From an uncultured Collinsella sp. (GTDB taxonomy: Bacteria > Actinomycetota > Coriobacteriia > Coriobacteriales > Coriobacteriaceae): a DNA stretch of 44,213 nt. A program made the translations under genes and the position numbers. Each line of letters begins with the position of its first letter. The stretch's first letter is position 1. Positions 39,181 to 44,213 of this stretch are shown one piece after another. Location: the NCBI GenBank assembly GCA_958407085.1, contig CATYHY010000001.1, forward strand, positions 1-44,213, written 5' to 3'. Below the pieces are notes generated by a model. That model searched no databases. It was not told the origin of the DNA and saw only the letters and a program-made list of their open reading frames with translations.

Positions 39181-39217
39181 AGAGGGCTCCGGGCATGTTT
39201 TGCTCGGAGCCCTTTTT
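39181..39217 (+). terminator. Helicase terminator
   Basis: AGGGCTCCGGGCA...TGCTCGGAGCCCT followed by T-run. Confidence 0.75.
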
Positions 39218-39360
39218 GGTGCAAAGGGGACAGGTCCATATGCACCAACGTCTTGAAGTTGCGGTGGAATACGGACTGTTTTGGCCTTTTGAGCGGCTTT
39301 TAGTCCCTATTTCACCGCAACTCATGATTGGTGCAAAGCAACCTGACCCCAATGCACCAA
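39216..39360. repeat. Composite: family D halves (39216-39248, 39328-39360) enclosing family A copy 4 (39257-39322)
   Basis: TTGGTGCAAAGGGGACAGGTCCATATGCACCAA / AGTTGCGGTGGAATAC...CTATTTCACCGCAACT / TTGGTGCAAAGCAACCTGACCCCAATGCACCAA. Confidence 0.9.
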
Positions 39361-39483
39361 ACAAGGAGTGTCCCTAAGTGCCGCATAGATACCGTTTATC
39401 GAAGAAAAAATACCGTTCATCGGTCATAATGTTTGTTCCGGCTTTGGGCTTGTCTACAATAGCTCCCGTAAAAAGAAATGCGG

Positions 39484-39580
39484 AAGGTTACCGAGTCCCT
39501 CGGACGTGGGCCTAACCAAAGTCTTTGAACGGGTGTGTCTCTATGGATGCATTCGCTTGATTTTGGTTGGGCTATATTTA
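39484..39580 (+). promoter_or_regulatory. RAT (ribonucleic antiterminator) overlapping a conditional terminator
   Basis: GTTACCGAGTCCCTCGGACGTGGGC parallels the GlcT-type RAT (GTTAC-YGA-loop-TCRG-RCRTGRGY). Its 3' end overlaps the stem GCCTAACCAAAGTC (39510-39523) / GATTTTGGTTGGGC (39559-39572). BglG-type gene in the operon. Confidence 0.65.
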
Positions 39581-39597
39581 TGAAGGGACATGCCACC

Positions 39598-40110
39598 ATG
39601 GGTTTCTTTTCTCGCCTGATGGGCGGTTCGGATGAGCAGAAGACTGCAGCTTCCGAGTTCGAAATCCTCGCTCCCGTTTCCGGCGAGCTTGTTCATCTAG
39701 AAAATACCAATGACCCTGCTTTTAGCAGCCGTGCCGTGGGCGATGGCGTTGCCGTGGTTCCCCAAGAGGGAACGGTGTGCGCTCCTGTTTCCGGCACCGT
39801 CGCGGCGCTGTTTCCGACTGAGCACGCGCTGGGCATCATGTCCGACGACAGCTCTGCTCAGGTGATGCTGCATATCGGAATCGATACTGTTAAGCTTGAG
39901 GGCAAGGGCTTCCACGCGCTTGTTGCCCAGGGTGACCATGTCGACGCGGGCCAGCCCCTCGTCGAGGTCGATTTCGACGCGGTCCGCGCCGCCGACTTCG
40001 ATCCCACGGTCTTCGTTATCGTGTGCGAGCGCTCGGAGAACTCGACTCTTCGTGAGCATGCTTCCGGCCCTGTTGCTGCTAAAGAGCCTGTCATCTGGCT
40101 TTCCGAGTAA
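39598..40110 (+). CDS. PTS glucose-family EIIA component
   Basis: APVSG, DPAFSSRAVGDGVA, FPTEHALG, HIGIDTVKLEGKGF. Confidence 0.93.
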   Translation: MGFFSRLMGGSDEQKTAASEFEILAPVSGELVHLENTNDPAFSSRAVGDGVAVVPQEGTVCAPVSGTVAALFPTEHALGIMSDDSSAQVMLHIGIDTVKLEGKGFHALVAQGDHVDAGQPLVEVDFDAVRAADFDPTVFVIVCERSENSTLREHASGPVAAKEPVIWLSE

Positions 40111-40116
40111 ATTTTT

Positions 40117-40983
40117 GTGGTGGGTACCGTGGTTATCAAGCGAGTTTTTAACAACAACGTCGCAATGGTCACTTCGGACGATGGCTCCGAGCTCATCGTC
40201 ATCGGTCGAGGCCTCTGCTTTGGCCGTCATGCCGGCGATGTCATCGACGAGGCGTCGATCGAAAAGACCTACGCGTTGCAGGAGGGAACTTCTCAGGACT
40301 CGCGTACGATTGACCGCTTGGCACATCTTTTGGAGTCCATCCCCACCGTCAACCTCGTGATTGCCGAGGACATTGTTCAGATGCTCCGTCGAGAGCTCAA
40401 TGTTGATATCAACGACAAGATTCTCATTGCTCTCGCAGACCATATCAGCCTTGCTTTGGAGCGCGAGCGCAAGGGCGTCTCCTGTGAGAATCCGTTGCTG
40501 CTCGAGATCCAGCAGTTCTATCGCAAGGAGTATGCACTTGCGGGCCGTGCGCTGCAGATTATCAAGGAGTATATGGGCATCCAGATGAGCGAAGAAGAGC
40601 AGGGTTTCATTACCTTGCATATCGTCAACGCCACCATGCCGCAACGCTCCGACCGTTTGATTGTTTCGGTCCAGCTTGTTCGCGACGTGCTCGCGATTGT
40701 TTCCGAGCGCTATGCTACGACCCTCGATGACACCTCGTTGCCCTATGAGTGTTTCGTCCGCCACCTGCAGTTTTTCGCACAGCGGGCGCTTGACCCCACG
40801 GCCGGGCAAATCAATGGCGACGCGCTGTTCCGAATCGATGAAACGGCGTATCCGTGCGCATTCTCGTGCGCGGACGCCATAGCCGCCCACTTGTCGTCTA
40901 CCTATAACGTTGTCGTTACCGATGCCGAGAAGAGCTATCTCGCATATCACATTGTTAACCTGCTTGGAGAACCTGGTCTCTAG
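40117..40983 (+). CDS. BglG/LicT family transcriptional antiterminator (CAT + 2 PRD)
   Basis: IKRVFNNNV..GRGLCFG CAT domain; LADHI, EQGFITLHI, FVRHL, EKSYLAYHI PRD histidines. Confidence 0.92.
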   Translation: MVGTVVIKRVFNNNVAMVTSDDGSELIVIGRGLCFGRHAGDVIDEASIEKTYALQEGTSQDSRTIDRLAHLLESIPTVNLVIAEDIVQMLRRELNVDINDKILIALADHISLALERERKGVSCENPLLLEIQQFYRKEYALAGRALQIIKEYMGIQMSEEEQGFITLHIVNATMPQRSDRLIVSVQLVRDVLAIVSERYATTLDDTSLPYECFVRHLQFFAQRALDPTAGQINGDALFRIDETAYPCAFSCADAIAAHLSSTYNVVVTDAEKSYLAYHIVNLLGEPGL

Positions 40984-41082
40984 GCATAACGTGCCCACAC
41001 ATCGATTGATATAAGGCAAGGCTCACGGTCTTGTCCAGGGCACATCTGTCTTAATTTGCGGAAAAGGAAGGGGAGTACCGCT

Positions 41083-42699
41083 ATGACCGCAAAAAAGAAG
41101 TTCAATTTCAAAGCGCCGTTGGAGGTGTTCGCGAAGTCGATCGTCCAGCCGATGATGTATCTCTCGGTTGCCGGCATCCTGCTCATTGTGGGCATCATTC
41201 TGACCAACAAGACCATTTGCGCTTTGGTCCCCGTACTGGGCTCCGGTCCGTTCCAGCTTGTGGGCGCCGTTGTCTACCAGTCGCTGATGTTTATCATCAA
41301 CAACCTCTCGATTCTGTTCTGCGTGGGCATCGCCGGCGCCATGGCAAAGAAGAACAAGGGCCATGCTTCGCTGATCGCCCTGATGTCGTTCTTCCTGTTC
41401 CTGCAGGCTAACAACATCGTGCTCAACGCCACCGGCTCTCTTGCCGATGCGAGCGGCATGCTCGGCCTTACCGGAACCGGCCAGGCCACCGTTATGGGCA
41501 TCCAGGTGCTCGATACCGGCGTGTTCGGCGGCATCATTCTCGGTTGCATCACCGGCGCCGTGTTCAACAAGTACTCGAACAAGCAGTTCCCCATTGCCCT
41601 TTCGATGTTCTCGGGCGTTCGCTTTCCGTTCCTGATCATGATCATCATCTCCTGGATCATGGGCGCTGGCTTCTGCATCGTTTGGCCTCCGGTTCAGGGT
41701 GCCATCTCCTCCGTTGCCGGCATCATTAAGGAGTCGGGCAACATCGGTCTGTTTATCTACGGCATGCTCAACAAGCTGCTCGTTCCCACCGGTCTGCACC
41801 ACCTCATCTACACCCCGTTCCAGTTCTCCGATGTGGGTGGCACCCTTACGCTGGGTGGTCAGGTTATCGCCGGCGCCTATCCCATCCGTGTTGCCGAGAT
41901 GGCAATGACGGGTCAGCCCTTCTCCGATAGCACCTACTTCAACAGCTACACCTTCAACAATCTGTGGCCCTACATCGGCATCGGCCTCGCCTTTATCGTC
42001 ACCGCCTACAAGGGGAACAAGGATAAGACCAAGGCCGTTATCATCCCGCTGATCATCACCGCCGTGCTCTCCTGCGTGACCGAGCCCATGGACTTCCTCT
42101 TTGTCTTTGCCGCTCCCGTGCTCTTTGTCGTTCACTCGGTTCTTTCCGGCATCTTCCTGGTCCTGCTCAAGGTCCTCTCCGTGCCCGCTTCGACTGCAGG
42201 CGGCATCATCAACATCGTGGTCTCCAACCTGGTCCTGGGCGTCGATAAGACCAACTGGCCGGTTATGCTGGTGCTTGGAGTCGTCAACGCCGCTCTGTAC
42301 TTCTTCCTCTCCACCTTCCTTATCAAGAAGCTCAACCTCCACACGCCTGGCCGCGAGGAGGAGTCCGAGCTCGCCGAGTCCGTTGCCGAGGGCGAGGCCG
42401 CCGCGTCTGTCGCAGTGAAGCAGGGCGCCGTTGCCGCGGCTCCCGCAGAGGGCGTCGATGCAGGTATTGCCGACCTGGTCGCAGGTCTTGGCGGCAAGGA
42501 CAACATCGAGGAGCTCGAGAACTGCTTTACGCGTCTCCGCGTGAACGTTAAGAACCCGGACCTCATCAATGAGGACCTCATCAACCACGTGCCCAACAGC
42601 GGCATCAACCGCAACGGCAATAATATCCAGATCATCTTTGGCATGAAGGTCGCCGAGATGCGCGACAAGGTCGAAAACGCAATTGAGAAGGAGCAGTAA
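41083..42699 (+). CDS. PTS EIICB component, maltose/alpha-glucoside (GlvC-like)
   Basis: GIQVLDTGVFGGI, FSGVRF, LVPTGLHH, VTEPMDFLF, TPGRE, LGGKDNI..CFTRLR. Confidence 0.9.
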   Translation: MTAKKKFNFKAPLEVFAKSIVQPMMYLSVAGILLIVGIILTNKTICALVPVLGSGPFQLVGAVVYQSLMFIINNLSILFCVGIAGAMAKKNKGHASLIALMSFFLFLQANNIVLNATGSLADASGMLGLTGTGQATVMGIQVLDTGVFGGIILGCITGAVFNKYSNKQFPIALSMFSGVRFPFLIMIIISWIMGAGFCIVWPPVQGAISSVAGIIKESGNIGLFIYGMLNKLLVPTGLHHLIYTPFQFSDVGGTLTLGGQVIAGAYPIRVAEMAMTGQPFSDSTYFNSYTFNNLWPYIGIGLAFIVTAYKGNKDKTKAVIIPLIITAVLSCVTEPMDFLFVFAAPVLFVVHSVLSGIFLVLLKVLSVPASTAGGIINIVVSNLVLGVDKTNWPVMLVLGVVNAALYFFLSTFLIKKLNLHTPGREEESELAESVAEGEAAASVAVKQGAVAAAPAEGVDAGIADLVAGLGGKDNIEELENCFTRLRVNVKNPDLINEDLINHVPNSGINRNGNNIQIIFGMKVAEMRDKVENAIEKEQ

Positions 42700-42702
42700 A
42701 CA

Positions 42703-44085
42703 ATGATCATTACTCTGTGTGGTGGCGGATCCACCTTTACCCCCGGCATCGTCAAGTCCATCGCCCTGCGCAAGGACGAGCTCGACGTTGACGAGATTCG
42801 TCTGTACGACATCAACGAGGAGCGCCAGCGCAAGGTCGGCGTGCTCGTGGACTGGATTTTGCACGAGGACCTCGGCCTGGACATCAAGCTCACGGTGACC
42901 ACCGACAAAAAGACGGCTTTTACCGACGCGAGCTTCGTGTTTGCCCAGATGCGCGTGGGCGGCTACGCCATGCGCGAGCAGGACGAGAAGATTCCGCTGC
43001 GTCACGGCTGCGTGGGCCAGGAGACTTGCGGTTGCGGCGGCCTTGCCTACGGCATGCGCACCATCTTCCCCATGGTCGAGCTGATCGATGACGTTGAGAA
43101 GTACGCCAAGAAGGATTACTGGATTCTCAACTACTCCAACCCTGCCGCCATCGTCTCCGAGGGCTGCCGTGTGCTGCGTCCCAACGCTCGCATCATCAAC
43201 ATCTGCGACATGCCGATCGCGATCATCGACGTGGTTTGCGCCGCGCTCGATATCGACAAGAAGGATGTCGAGTACGATTACTTTGGCCTCAACCACTTTG
43301 GTTGGTTCACCTCGATCCGCCACAAGGGCGAGGAGGTGCTCCCGCAGCTGCGCGAGTACATCAAGGAGCACCAGATCCTGCTGCCCGACTCCTACCTCAA
43401 GGGCATGGGCTCGCTCATGGCAAAGAAGCCCGAGGAGGCCACCGACGAGCATCCCGAGCAGAACCGTCACACCAAGGGCAGCTGGTACTACGTCTGGAAG
43501 GGCGAGTACGAGATCATGGAGTGCTTCCCGGAGTACCTGCCCAACACGTATCTGAACTACTACCTGCAGCAGAAGGAATTCGTCGAGCACTCAAACCCCG
43601 AGCGCACCCGTGCGAACGAGGTTGAGGAGACGCGTGAGAAGAACCTCTTTGATGGTATCGACCATTACGAGAAGACGGGCGAGATCGACGAGAGCACGTT
43701 CTATGCGGGCAGCCACGGCGACTGGATTGCCGATCTGGCTATCGCTCTGAAGAACGACACCAAGCAGCGCTTCCTGGTCATTTGCGAGAACAAGGGCGCC
43801 ATCCCCAACATGCCCTACGACGCTATGGTCGAGCTGCCTGCCTACATTGGCAAGAACGGCCCCGAGGTCATCAGCCGCGACAACATTCCGCTGTTCCAGC
43901 AGGGCCTCATGATGCAGCAGCTGAACTCCGAGAAGCTCATTGTCGAGGCTACGATCGAGGGTTCGTACGAGAAGGCGCTTAAGGCCTTTACGCTCAACAA
44001 GACCGTGCCGTCGATGAAGGTCGCCAAGGAGGTTCTCGACGACATGATCGAGGCCAACAAGGGTTACTGGCCCGAGCTTAAGTAA
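42703..44085 (+). CDS. GH4 6-phospho-alpha-glucosidase (GlvA/MalH-like)
   Basis: GGGSTFTP, DEKIPLRHGCVGQETCGCGG, LNYSNPAA, NICDMP, FGLNHFGWF, ANKGYWPEL. Confidence 0.92.
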   Translation: MIITLCGGGSTFTPGIVKSIALRKDELDVDEIRLYDINEERQRKVGVLVDWILHEDLGLDIKLTVTTDKKTAFTDASFVFAQMRVGGYAMREQDEKIPLRHGCVGQETCGCGGLAYGMRTIFPMVELIDDVEKYAKKDYWILNYSNPAAIVSEGCRVLRPNARIINICDMPIAIIDVVCAALDIDKKDVEYDYFGLNHFGWFTSIRHKGEEVLPQLREYIKEHQILLPDSYLKGMGSLMAKKPEEATDEHPEQNRHTKGSWYYVWKGEYEIMECFPEYLPNTYLNYYLQQKEFVEHSNPERTRANEVEETREKNLFDGIDHYEKTGEIDESTFYAGSHGDWIADLAIALKNDTKQRFLVICENKGAIPNMPYDAMVELPAYIGKNGPEVISRDNIPLFQQGLMMQQLNSEKLIVEATIEGSYEKALKAFTLNKTVPSMKVAKEVLDDMIEANKGYWPELK

Positions 44086-44117
44086 AAGCAACAGGGTCGC
44101 TGGCCGCATGCCTGAAG

Positions 44118-44161
44118 CAATGCCCCGCCCACGTGATTGCGTGGGCGGGGCATTGTCGTTT
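44118..44161 (+). terminator. Terminator after GH4 gene
   Basis: CAATGCCCCGCCCACG-tgattg-CGTGGGCGGGGCATTG perfect 16-bp stem. Confidence 0.8.
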
Positions 44162-44213
44162 GGTAACGCGTTTTATCAAATATGGCATTTATCTGCGATA
44201 ATGTTCATTTTCA

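Overview
High-GC anaerobic actinobacterial chromosome segment, most consistent with Collinsella/Coriobacteriaceae (inferred from GC content, gene set and protein sequences). Housekeeping and metabolic genes: prfB (5'-truncated), YitT, split transketolase, ftsEX, rnr, an orphan serine recombinase, VanZ, a MurNAc utilisation operon (murR-murQ-murP-mupG), ArsC/Spx, tRNA-Gln and tRNA-Glu, a TPR protein, smpB, flavin reductase, an unlisted rubredoxin, mntH, gltBD, an amidohydrolase, copA-copZ-csoR, a DEAD-box helicase, and a BglG-type antiterminator-controlled PTS/GH4 operon. The unexplained structure lies in the intergenic DNA, which holds several unrelated families of REP-like palindromes. The most striking (family B) is a 15-bp arm TCTCRATCTGTAACA that alternates orientation every 40 bp, giving 13 palindromic units in 5 arrays with an 80-bp period. 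Two arrays bracket a gene for an AbiEi/DUF559-like PD-(D/E)XK nuclease (29805-30848) and two bracket mntH. This resembles the RAYT/REPIN architecture but with a non-HUH nuclease, and is the best candidate for an undescribed system. Family assignments come from motif recognition, not database searches.
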